Shown here: positions 1 to 11,904 of the stretch, piece by piece
How the letters are laid out: each line of letters opens with the position of its first letter
How positions within the stretch are numbered: position 1 is the stretch's first letter
NCBI GenBank assembly: GCA_004431415.1
Contig: QPMI01000015.1
Span: 434,001 to 498,000 of the forward strand
Origin: Cyanophora paradoxa CCMP329
Lineage: Eukaryota; Plantae; Glaucophyta
DNA length: 64,000 nt
Direction: 5' to 3'
Notes under the pieces: model-generated
The model's input: only the letters and a program-made list of their open reading frames with translations
Told to the model about the DNA's origin: nothing
Databases searched by the model: none
Made by a program: the position numbers and the translations under genes

Positions 1-3000
1 GAAGACCCGCAGTAGCGCCCCATCCGCGACGCTCCAGAGTCGCGCGGTTCCATCCAAGCTGCCCGAAGCCAGGGTCTGTCCATCCTGTCCAACAAGCTCA
101 CGTAAGCACATGCACCTCATTAAGCGATAGCTACGGCATCGCTAGGTATTTAGCGAGATTCAGATCCATGGCCAACGAGGCTCGCATCGACCGCCCGAAG
201 ACTCCTATTCCCAACGGCCCAAAGGCTCGCGCACCGACGAGAATGACAGTGAGGGGACCTTGTGTACATGCGCTTTCAGGTCGAGTCTTAAAGTTCCATC
301 CGCCACACTCCACAATTTCAAGGTCGTGTCCGTGCTGCTAGAGGCCAGTGTCTTGCCGTCCTGCTCGCTCGTGAGCATACGAATGCCGATTCGCGCTGAA
401 GTCGCACACGGGCGCACCGGCGAGAAAGCCAACGATAATACCGTCCATCTATGCCCTTTAAGCACATGCGTCACGGTCCCTTCCGCCGTGCTCCATAATC
501 GCACGATTGCACGCTCCTCGCCCCATGCAGCTGTTGCCATCGTCTTGCCGTCCTGCTCGTCATGGCCAGCAGTAAGTAGCAAATTACTTGCCCTCGCTTA
601 CAACGGAAGCCACCCGAACCGGAGAGAGGGCCATTGTTGACACGCGATAAGCAGGGTCTCCGAGAACTTGTACTGTTGTACCGTCTGTCATGCTCCATAA
701 ATGCACCTTGTCATTGCGGGCGCACGATGCCATTGTCCTTCCATCCTGCCGTTTGCGAGTCACTTGTGTAAGACACTTGCAATTGATCATGGCAGTTTAC
801 TTTCATATTATATGCATCGATTCGATCAATGAAGAATATCAATAATTCGCACCGGCAGGAATGCCACTGAGTTGACGCCATTGGAATGCCCATCGGAAAC
901 GCGACGAGTACGCAGATTCCCGCCCTCCAGATGTGTGCTCCACAACCGCACCGTCCTCATGTCACACGAAGCTAGTGCCTTGCCCTTCTGTCATAGCATC
1001 AAGCACTATAGATCAGATCGATGCATGATCATGATGCGAACTGTGCGAGTGCTCAAAGAACGCACAGGAGAGAATGCCACTGAAAGGACGTCGGACTTGT
1101 GTCCCCCAAAGACGCGGAGCGGCTCGCCATCCGCCACGCTCCACAGCCGCGCAGTCCTGTCGCTGCTGCCCGATGCCAGCATGTTGCCACCCTGCACGAT
1201 CGCGTTTTGCAGGCGTCTATCAGATATGGTTGAACGCTCGGTATCTATGCTGCTCGCACCGGCGAGAATGAAATTGAGCAGACTGACGCTGTATGCCCTT
1301 TGAAAACACGAAGCAGTGAGCCGTCTATGATGCTCCACATTCGCACTGTGTCGTCTCCGCGGCCGCATCCTGCCGCCAATGCCTTGCCGTCCTGGATGCC
1401 ACAAGCCCGCACCGGTGAACAAGAGGCAGCATGTCATGCTGACTGGGCTTACCGGCGAGAAAGCCGCAGACGTGGCACCCCCAGGCACTTGGAGTACGCG
1501 AAGCTCCACCCCGTCCGCCACACTCCGCAGTTGCAAAGTTTGATCTTGGACGCATGAGGCCAGGATTGTGCCGTCCTGAAAGAACCCCAACTGTCAGCAA
1601 CATGTCTATTCCCATGCACCCGGCAGCTTCGGCACCGGAGAGAAAGCCACCGAGCAGACAGAGTCCGTGAATCCCTCGAGAACGCGCAGCAGCGCCCCAT
1701 CTGCTACGTTCCATAGGCGCACGGTCTTGTCTTGACTGCCGGAAGCCAGAGTCGTGCTGTCCTACTTGCCCAAATAGGCATTCGTGAATGATCAGGCAAA
1801 TGATTGAATTAAAATGGAGCTCGAGACTGTTGAGGAAAGGCCAAATTTCTTCGCACCAACGAAAATGTAGTTGAAAATATGTGATCGGTGTGCCCCTCAA
1901 GCTTGAGAGTGCCAAGCAGTGACTCGTCCATGACACCCCACGTACACAGGCCCACGATTCTGTCTGCCCCACCCCACGCCAACTTCTTGCCGTCCTGTGT
2001 CATGATCGCACTCAGAAGAAGCCAAATGCAAGCAGAGATTTGGATGTCCGAAGCAAATGCAATTCGCACTGCAGATAAGGCGACGGACACCACATTCAGC
2101 TTGCTCGCCTTGAAGCGCCATGCCTCGCGGCTGGTCTCGGCATCAAAAATGCAGATTGTTCCTTCGCCGCATCCAGACACGATATAGCGTCCATCCTGAA
2201 ACACAGAGCATGAAATCAGACACTAGCTTTTGTGACTCCCCGGGCCCATGCTCAGACGCACCGATGAAAAGGCAATTCTCAGCGCTAGCGCCGAACCAGA
2301 AAGCTTGCAGACAGGACTTACGCCGAGGTGACAGCCGCTAAGTTCGGCCCCCCGCAGGTCGGCCTTCGCCAGATTCGCCTCTTCCAGAAGCGCCCCACTG
2401 AGATCCGCGCCGCGCAGGTCTGCCCCGGCCGCTTCGAGCCGAAACAGGTCTGCACCAGGCGCCCGGATGCCGCGCAGCTCCTTCCCCGCGAACGATGCGC
2501 CAGCTTGCCAAGTATATATCACGATCAGCGCGGGGCGCTCAAATTATATATGTTTTAAGCAAATCACGCGGACCGTGATTCAAGACCGTCATCGCGTTGG
2601 CAGCTGCGATGGGCGAGCCTCCGTTCGCCGACTCCAGCAGGCACGCCCAGAGCGCCTGCCGACGCAATCGATATCGGTTCAATCACGTGCGGAAGAGACA
2701 TTGCGGGAGGCTGTGTCGGACCTCTACGAAGGGCGGCTCGGAGCGGGCACGGTCGGCGAGGAACTGAACGATGGCCGAGTCGTCCGCGAGCGGCCGGCGG
2801 CCGAGCCCCTCCACCACGTCCGCTCCACCCGCGGTCCACCTGTTACAGATAGGCAGATAAGAGAAAACAAGCCGCAAGACTTGAAGCTGAAGTGACATTG
2901 GTAGTGCGTGCGCACGTGTCGGATTTGCAGCGTTGGGAGCCCGCGACCGGCTGCGCCGCGAGGCGGGCATCCAGGTAGGGGAGGATGCTGTCGGCGACGA

Positions 3001-6000
3001 AGTACTCCTTGAGGGACGCGTGCACGAAGCTGTACGAGATGCTCCCGTCGTCCTCCAATGTCGATCTGATCGGGGCCGCTCTCAAAAACTCAACGTTCCT
3101 TTCGTCAGTGAGCAGCGCTGTCGCCTTTGCGGCGGGGTCCGCATCGGCGCCCTCGGCGCCCAGCTTCTTCGAGTTCAGCACGCCGAAAGTGAGCTGCATG
3201 TTCACTTGCAAGACCGTCGTGGCCTGCCGCCAATTGCAAGCGAGCGCGCGTGGTTAGAAAGCACAGGGTGAAACCGCAAAGAGAATGGAGAGTTCACCTG
3301 CTTGTCCATCAGAATGGCAAGAGATCGGCAGAATTTGCGGCAGTTGGCCGCGAAATTCGTGAAGCACTTCTGACCGGCGCGCTTCTGCTCCTCCCGTTTG
3401 AAGAGACCCGTGACGAAGGCATCGTACACGTCGCGCATCAGGACCCGCGCAAAGCCGTCCTTCTGCTTCTCCTTCCTGCACAGGCCCCGGCCCCAACGTG
3501 TCTCAGCATCGCACAACATGTACGTCCCGAGGGCATGAGCGCGCGGCGCACAGCTTCGCGTCGATCAATGGAAGCTCCTTGCAGGCAATCGACAGGATGA
3601 ATGGCGTGCGGATGATGTCGAGCAGGCCGAGGATCGTGTAGATCTGTTGCTTGTACCACTCCAGGTCGTGCTCGGGGTCTGGGTTTATGCCGAGCCACTG
3701 CTGCACGTATGCCCCGATCTGGTCCTGGTTGAACGAGCAGGTCCACGCCTCGCAGAGTTGACTCGAGTCTTCCGCTTGATCAAGCATGAAGTAACTCTGC
3801 CATACTGGTTAGGAACTTTAATTCGGAAACAGCAATCGTATAATTCAAAAACACCTTATGATTCATCCCAAGGCTCGGCAGGTACTGGGCGCGGCAGGCA
3901 ACGACGACGCGGTCAGCCCATGAATTGAGTTTCGGGTACAGGTAGTGAAAGGCCTTGCTGAAACGGGCCTGAAGAAGCATCAAATTACACATGTGAAGCG
4001 GCAACGATGCATCTGTAAGTGCCCATACCTCGTCATAGCCATCCAGCAGCACGAGCAGCTTGACCCTGGCGTGGGGTTCAACAACAGCATGGACAACCTA
4101 ATTGGAATGGCTCGGCCGGGGATTGCTCAGTGCCGCGGGCGCCGCACCTCTGGCGCAGCTCCTGCCGCAGCTCGCGGTCGTCCTCCTGCAGGCCCGTCGC
4201 GTCGACGAGCTTGTCGACGAGGCTCGAGCCCGCCGCTGCGACCGCCGGCAGCGAGACGAAGACGGGAAAGGGCGCCCCCGGCCGCCACCGTTCCAGCAGT
4301 CGGCGGTGGAGCTGCCGCAGGCTCGTCGTCTTGCTGCACCCGGAGTCGCCTGCACGGGCGCAGGTCGGAAGGGGAATCTGAAGCTGCTGCAGAAACTCAT
4401 GCGCATGCACCAGTGAGTACGAGCACGCGGTGGTCGGCGGTGCCATGGCCAAGACCGGGTGCGGCGCCGGTGGCGGCGAAGGAGTCGAGGGCGGCGTCGA
4501 GATCGAAGCGGCGCCCGTCGTCCTTCGAGACGCGGCCCTCGCTGTCCGCCGCCGCCCGCGCCGGCACGTACACCTCGCCGGCCATCTCCTTTTTGTAGCG
4601 CTCCGCGGCCTTCTCCCGCGCCTGGTGCACGATCAGCCCGCGGCCGCTATAGCCAGCAGCAGCGGCGTGAGTCAGCGCACCCCGGAGAGCACGTCGCTGA
4701 GCTGCAGGGCGGGGTCTATGTGCAGCTCCGCCTCGAGAGCGGACACGACGAGTGCGCTTCGCTTCGCGCCGGGACCGCCTGCTGCTGCTGCTGCTCGCGA
4801 CAGGCGCGCCGCCGGCTTGAGCCGATCGATGGGTCCGCCGCCGGCATCGAGGTCGAGACCGAAGCGCGCAGCTGCCGCGGTGACGGCCTCCCGAGCCGAG
4901 TCCCGCTTGCCCAGCCGCTGCAGCGCTTGCAGGGCCGCCGCGGGGGCAACCCCAGGGCTGTCCAGGGCCGCCGCGTGCGCCAGCGCCGCCGCAGCCACCC
5001 GCAAGGAGGCGGCGCCGTCCTTCAGCAGCCCCGCCGCCGCCTCCGCGCACGCCTCGAGCAGCTTCACCGCGGCGACCGCGGCGGCCGCGCCGCGCCCGCC
5101 GCTCTCCTCCCGTTCAACGACCTTTTGAAAGCATCGGCCTGGCACAGTCGCGCCAGCCGCAGATGGAGACCGGACGCACGGCGACGAGGGCGGAGCAGAG
5201 GGCGAGGGCGAGCTTCCGGCGGCGGGCCACCTCGTTCATCGCCGCGCGATCCAGCAGCGCTCTCAGCTCCGCCATCCTGCCGCGCTCGGCCAGCACCCCC
5301 AGCAGCCGCGCCCGCGCAAACCTGCGCGGCGGGCCCTCGAGTTAATCACTGGATTGAACAACAGGCGGCGGGAGGGGCAGACCAGGCCTCGGCCCCTTTG
5401 GGGCGGTCGGCGCCGGCGATGGTCCGCATGTCGTCCCACATCTCCCGCAGCGCCTCGCGCGCCTCGCCGCGGTTCTCCTGCGGGCGTTCACGCCTCAACG
5501 CCCGGGGCGTGCAGCGGGCGCTCGCAGGGCCGGCGCATACATACCTTCAGCCAGAGGACGACGTCGATGACGGTCGTGACGCCGAAGCTTGCCACGCCCT
5601 CCGCCACCAGCTTCCCCGCCCTGTACAGCTTCTCCAGCACCCGCCCTGCATCCCGGTGAATTCCGACGTCGACGCGAGTCGCTCCTGTTCGCGCGCGCGG
5701 CGCACCGGCGGCCTTCGCGCGGCGGACGACTTCGCCGAAGCGGTCGTAGTCGGAGTTGGCGCGCACGAGGGCCTCCAGCGCCAGGTGCGCCGCCGCCTCC
5801 GCCCGCCACGAGCCGGCCGCCTCCGCCCGCTTCGCGATGTCTGCCAGCAGCGCGCTCAGCGGCTTGACGACCTCGTCGTGCTTCACCCGCCGCGCCTCCG
5901 CTGCGACCCCGGCCCATCAGAGGCGGAAGAGTTCGAACAAGGCACGGCAATGCAAGAAGTTCAAAGCGGACCTTCGGCGGGCGGGGCGCCGGCGTCGGCG

Positions 6001-7255
6001 GCCTCGAGGGCGGCGAGGACGGCGGCGACGAGCTCGAGCCGCGCGAGGTCGTCGTGGTCCCTCAGCCCCGCCCCCTTCACGGCCTGCAGCTGCGCCCCGG
6101 CCCGTCGTAAGCCGAGAGGCAGCGCCGGCGGGCGGGCGGGAGGGCGGGCGACGGTACCTGCTCGGAGCAGAAGTCGACGAAGAGCTGCCAGTCGGCGGAC
6201 GTGAACGCGGCGCGCGGCAGACAGCCCAGCGTCCCCACGACCGCCGCCAGCACGTCGGTGTCCGCCAGCGCGGCCCCCTTCGCCCGCCGGAGGAGCTGGT
6301 TCATCATCTGGGCGCGCGACGTCAGGCGGGCGCGCGCGGGCGGGGCGCGAGCAGGCGAGCAGGGCGACGCGCCTTGCGGCAGAGCTGCTCGTCGCCCGAC
6401 GCGAGGAGGCCGCACACGTCCGCGAGGTTCGCTTCGCTGTGCACACCGATCTTCGCGAACGCCGACAGCGCTGCGGCGCGGGTCAGCCTGGAAGGGCGAG
6501 GCGGGGCGGGGCGCGAATGAATGCCAGCCGGGCGCACCGCTGTCGCACAGCCACTGCAGCCGGCTGCGCGCGGCGGCGAGCCTCTGCTGCTCGTCGGCGC
6601 CGGCCGCCGCCTGCACGACGGGGAGCTGCAGCGCACGCTCGGCGGGCCCGTCCGGGGCGCGCTCCCCGCGGCGGGCGGCGGCTTCGCCGGCGGCGACGAG
6701 ACGGAGGAGGCCGGCGAGCTCGGCCACGCTGCGCGCCTCCCGCAGCTGCAGCGCCCGCAGCTCCTCCAGCGGCGGGCCAACGCCCAGCTGCGGAGGCGAC
6801 TCGTCGCGGGGGGAGTCGGCGATGACGAGCGACACGTCCTCCGGCGACCGCACAGTCTGCTGCTGCGCCTCCACGTCGACGGTTCGAGCTGCGGCCGCGG
6901 AGCTTGGATCGCCGGCGCGCGCTTCAGCCTTAGCTATAGCTATGGCGTCGACGGTGGCGGGCGTGGAGCCACAAGCTGGTGCGGCGCTGGAAGCTGCAGC
7001 TTCGCCCGTTAGTCTCGTCCGCGGTGTCCTTGGGCCGGCCGCGGCCTCGGGGGCTGCAGCTTTGCAAGTGGGATCGGACGCGGCCGCGGGAGCTGGAGCC
7101 GGCGCCGCGGCTGGCGCCTTCGGTTCGCGAGCAGGCGAGCCTGCGGCAGCTTTCCCGTCTACGCCTTTAGCTGGAGCTTTCGGGCCGCGACCGCGGGCGC
7201 CGGCCGCGGCGGCCGCGGCGCCGGCTGGACGAGCTTTGCTGCACCCGCAGCCCAT
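1..7255 (-). CDS. NACHT-pentapeptide-WD40 NLR-like (NWD-type) protein, multi-exon, 3' end beyond the left edge of the window
   Basis: ATG at 7255 (MGCGCSK). Spliced Walker A VLVLTG|DSGCSKTT (~4320-4420), Walker B LLDGYDE (~4030), [29 protein letters not shown] and [14 protein letters not shown]. Pentapeptide run [31 protein letters not shown] (~2330-2500). At least 11 WD40 repeats (e.g. [18 protein letters not shown]...GH...VLSVAFSP) from ~2200 to 1. Confidence 0.9.
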
Positions 7256-7935
7256 CGCAGTTCCCAGGGAACGTTCGCGCACGAGTCCTGCGCAAGATCG
7301 CATGCATATCTATGCATCAGCGGCCGCCCGCGCGCCCACGCCCCTCGAGGCTGCAGATCAAGATCTATAGCTAGACGCGAGGGCCAACGCACGCGGAGCC
7401 GACGCACGCAGGCACTCGATGAGGCCCCTCCAACTCTGGAGCACCGCTGGCTTCTCGCACGCTGCTCGGGCTCGCTCGCTCGCTCGCTGAATCCGGAACG
7501 CGGTGCGACGCGTCGCAGCTGCGCTCCCGCTCGAAGATCGCTGCAGGCGTCACGAGCGCGGCCGCCGGCAGAACGCTTCGCTTCGGTCGAGCCATCAGCC
7601 CGAAACCAGACAGGCGCGGGCCTCGTGTACCCCATTTGCCGGCTAGAGCTCAAGCTCAACCTCAAGCCAAAGCAAGATGCCATGATGCCATCCTGCAGCT
7701 GCCGGCGCCAAGGCCTGCTAAACGAGAAGGGCTTCGTTCCTGGCGTATGCTCGATGCGGAGCTCGAGACCGCGAGGTCTTCCCCGCGCGTGCCGCTTGCC
7801 GCCTCGGCCACGCAGTTCTCCGGCGGAGGAGACCGGCAGGCAGCCGCGCGCGGGATATCGCTGAGCCATTCTGCGCTCCCGTCGACGTCGGCCCCGCTGC
7901 GCCGCGCCCTGATCGCGGGCGCGCCGGCGCCGCAG

Positions 7936-8290
7936 GGCAGGCTGGCCATGGCCGCGCATGTACCGCCGCCGCCGATGGCGCCGGCGGCGGTGCGGGCGGC
8001 GCCGGCGCTGGAGCGGCGGGCGGTGGCGGTGCGGGCGCTGGCGGAGGAAATCGGGGAGCAGCTGCGCATGCGGGCGGCGGCCGCACGCGAGGCTGCGCTG
8101 CAGGAGGCCGCGGGGGACCCTGGCGCCTCCTCCGGCGCGATCTCTTCTGCGAGACCGATTCCGAGCGGATCTACAGCGTGCGCCGCCGCCTCCGCCGGCC
8201 CGCGCGCGCCGCCTCCGCGCGCGGCCCGACGCTCAGCGCCGGCCCGCCGCAGGTCGACGTCACGCTCGCCCGCGACTTCAGCGCCGGCCG
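7936..8290 (+). pseudogene. Partial duplicate (exon-intron-exon) of the hypothetical gene segment at 12741-13094
   Basis: Near-identical to 12741-13094, including the GTGCGCC...CCGCAG intron. Small indels differ between the copies, and this copy ends just before a poly-C/(CA)n tract. Confidence 0.7.
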
Positions 8291-8332
8291 TGCACGCGGG
8301 CCGACGCGGCCGGCACGCCCCCCACTCCCTCG

Positions 8333-8370
<38 letters not shown>

Positions 8371-8394
8371 CACACACACACACACACACACACA
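8333..8394. repeat. Poly-C (~37 nt) followed by a (CA)12 microsatellite
   Basis: Directly visible in the sequence. Confidence 0.95.
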
Positions 8395-8531
8395 GCGCGA
8401 GTCAACGCGAGTTGACGTCTTCCATTTGACTTCGTCGTACTTCTATTCTGCACTATTAAAACTTTTACTCTATGTACAGCAACCTACGCGGGGCGGTGGA
8501 AGGGAAGACGGGGGCCCCATGAGGGCGGGGC

Positions 8532-11274
8532 TCAGCGGGAGAGGGCGAGGGCGCGGCACACGGGGCCGCAGACGTGCGTCTCGAGGAACTTGGCGAAGCC
8601 CATGGCGCCGAGGTCCGTCGCCGAAAAGTACGGCACGCTCCCGTCCTTGACAACACGCCGGTTCAGCCCGGACCCTGCGCACGCCGGGCGGCGGTCGTCG
8701 GCGGGGCGAGGCGGCGGGCGGCACGAGGCGGCGGGCGGCGGGTGGCGCACCGATGCGGGAGAGGCCGCAGGCAGTGCCGGCGGCGGAGCCGGCGCCGAAG
8801 GCGGAGGCGGAGGCGGGGCGGAGGGTGGCGACGTCGGCGGGGTTGAACTGGACGGCGGGGTCGGTGAGGCGGGCGAGGCCGGCCCCCTGCAGGTCCACGA
8901 CGAGGAGGCGGCCGTGGGAGCGCTCGGCGGTGTAGTGCGAGAAGGCCTGCAGGAGCTCCGACTCGGCGCTGCCGTGGAGGACGAAGCCCTCGTTGCTGTT
9001 GTACTTGGTGAACGCGCCCTCGATGAACGGCTCGAGGGTCATCCAGGCCCGCCCGCGCCCCGTCCCCACCGCCGCCTCGCACACGAACGTGTCCACGAAC
9101 CTGCCGCGGCGCTAAGGGCCCGGGGGAGACGTCGCGATCGCCGGGTGCGGCTGAGCGCACTCGAGGCGCTCCTTGCGGCCGAGGTGCGCCAGCTTCGGGT
9201 TGAAGCGGCCGGCGAAATACCTGCACCGGCGCCGACGCACCCCGGTCGGCGCGGGGAGAGCATCGATATCGCCGCGCGGGCCGGGGCGAGGGAGCACCTC
9301 GCGACCGCGAGGCAGCGGGCGCCTCCGACGTTCAGCTCGCGGATGAGCTCCGAGGGGCCCCGCACGCTCCAGATCTGGCGCGGGGTCACGCCGGACCCGG
9401 CTCTCGGCTGTCGGCCGCTCGCCGGCGGCGCGGCGGCGCGGGGGCACCTTGGCGACGAGGCGCTCGCCGGCGTCGGTGATCGCGAAGTAGACGCGGCGCG
9501 TGCTGCCCTTGGCGCACGGCTCCGTCGAGAAGCGGATGCGGACCTCGTCGACGGGCTTCGGGCTCACGAGGGCCTCCCCCTCGATCTCCGCCGTCGACGC
9601 CAGCGCCGGGAACGCGAGCCGCGTGGCCTGCCGCCGGCTGAGGGAGGTAGAGGGCGGCGAGGGCCTGGGGGGCGCACGGTCTGCCAGGGGCCCCACCGGG
9701 GGTGCTCGGCGGTGCTCCACACGATGGGCGCCTTGTTGAGGGGGTACTCGGCCAGATCCATCTCCAGGGCGGAGCCCTGCGGCGCGCGTGAGCGGCGGCG
9801 GCGGGTGGCGGGAGAGGCGGGGGGCGCGGGGCGCGCCTTGCCGGAGCGAATGGAGAGGCTGGAGGCGGTGAGGGTGGAGCAGACGGTGTCAAGGGTCTTG
9901 GCGCCGAGCTCCGCCGCCGCCGACCGCATCTCCAGCGACGCCAGCGGCTGGCCCGCCGCAAGCGTGAGGCGCAGCGCGGCGCGGGCCGCGGTGCACGTGG
10001 CCGCGGGCGGACCTTGCGCGCCGCGGGGTCGTACGCCTCGGCGAACTTGCGCACCATCTTGTCCGTCGACCCGTTGATCTGCCGCCCGCTCAGCGCCGCC
10101 GGGCGGGGCGGCGCCGCCCTCGCGGGGCCGCGCCCACCTTGCAGAAATAGAAGTCGATGGACTTGAGAGCAAGCCGCTGCATCAAAGACTGCGCGGCGAT
10201 AAGCGCGCGGCGGCGGCCGGGGGGTGGGGGTGGATGGGGGGGAGAGAGGGGGGGGGGGGGGGGAATGAAGATGTCGTACCCGGCCGTTGGCGCCGTCGCT
10301 GTCGAAGCTGGGGTGGCTGTCGCCCGCACCGTCGTGGTAGAAGGTGCCGTGCGAGGGGGCGTCCGCGATGTGCATGAGCACGCGCCGCCGGGCGCTCCAG
10401 TCTAGCCGCAGGGCGGCCTCCAGGCCACCAAGCACTGCGCCACGCGTCGGCCGCGGCCGCCGGCGCCGCGAGTGCGGCCGCGCGCGGGGGGCGGCGAACC
10501 GTCCTCAGCCTCGTCAGCGCCGCCCGTGGCCGCCACGGCGCCGAGGCTCGCGGCAAACTCCTGCGCGTTCTCAGTGAAGTTGAGCGTCTCGACAGGCCTG
10601 GCCCAACCGCGACAGTCAGCGGGCGGCCTGCGCGAGCCGCAGCCGCAGGTAGCGCGCAAGCTCGCACCGCTCGTCTCCAAAGTCACGGTACGCGACGTAA
10701 GCGACACGCAGCGCGTACTTCCTGCCGAGCGTGGCTACGCTCAGAGCCGATGGTGCGGGGCGGCGGCGGGGCAGAGCGGCTCGCACGGGAAGCTCTTGCG
10801 ATAAACAGATACGATGTTGTGGATGGTATCCTTCGCGGCGGCGATGTAGCCGCCCATCGAGCCAGTCCCGTCGAAGACGAAGCACAGGTCGAGGGCGAAC
10901 GGGTCGCCCTCGCCCGTGCCGAGCGCGCGGAGCAGCGTGCGCGTCCGCGCCATGTATCCTTCGTGGAGGCGCGCCACCTCGTCGGGGCGCCGCATAAGCG
11001 AGGCCACCGCCGAGTTCTCCTGTAAGCAGGCCACGTTAGCGGCGCCGGCGTGCACGCCGCACGGGGAGGATGTGCGCACGGGAATCGCCTCGGCCGCAAG
11101 GCCAAAAGACTTCGAGACGCGAGTGGACCGTGCGGTCGCGCTGCCACCGGACGAGCTCGCGCTGGAGCTGATCAGTCGCCCCCCAAGGCGAAGCGCGCTT
11201 CCGGTGCTGCTCGAGCCCGCACTAGAGGGGCGCTCAAGGCGCATAGTGCTGCCGGAAGACGGAGAGGAGTCCAT
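8532..11274 (-). CDS. vWA-domain alpha-kinase (eEF2K/MHCK family, Dictyostelium VwkA-like architecture), multi-exon
   Basis: vWA motifs LDLCFVFDGTGSMG, VAYRDF, GGADEAED..GGL and HIADAPSHG. Alpha-kinase motifs AKGSTRRVY, LVAK, EPFIEGAFTKYNSNEG, QAFSHYT, LLVVDLQG, LTDP and DLGAMGFAKFLETHVCGPVC. Stop at 8532. Confidence 0.92.
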
Positions 11275-11637
11275 CGTGTCGGTGTCGATGATTGCCGATG
11301 GTCGCGGTGTCGATGAGTGCCGATGCAAGTGCGGGCGCCGAGGTTAACGTTCTCCATGCTGGTGGTCAGCTGACGAGACAGCTGAGCTCGAGGCAGCTGA
11401 CAGGTGAGGCGAGCCTGAGGCCAGTTCGCAACAACTTGGCCTGACCAACACCTGTAACCGGCACCTGACAAGGCTCCAGGACGATCAGCTGACCGAGCCA
11501 GCGCTTCTATCATGCCGCTCGTGCAGTCAGTCATCACGTCGAGCGCTCCACGACCATGCCAGCTGCAATCGCGCAGGCGCGTCGCGTGTCCTTCAACCTC
11601 GCCGTCGAGTTTATTCAGCCCGGGCACGAAGAGGGTG

Positions 11638-11730
11638 CGCTCTTGTGCCGACAGATGGGCACTGCAACGCTCTTGTGCCGACAGATGTCCCCTCTGGCTG
11701 ACTTCGCTGACAGATGGGCACTGCAACGCA
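11638..11730. repeat. Short ~30-bp tandem repeat (CGCTCTTGTGCCGACAGATGGGCACTGCAA), 2-3 partial copies, intergenic
   Basis: Directly visible in the sequence. Confidence 0.8.
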
Positions 11731-11904
11731 TCTCCAATGCGCAGCGCTGTGGAGGAGCCCGGCGGGAGCCACGGGATGCACATAACACGCCACCGCCCGC
11801 CTTCTCCAGCAAGGATTCCCGCCAGCGCTCTGTATCCGGCGCTGGCGGACCAGCATCGCCCCGCCTCCCCGGCCCGTCGGAGCTTCCGCGTTGAGAGCGA
11901 TCCT

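Noticed and set aside
11360-11500. 10-bp inverted repeat GGTCAGCTGA...TCAGCTGACC with internal CTGA words (MITE?)
   Set aside because: Too short and partly self-palindromic, with no convincing TSD.
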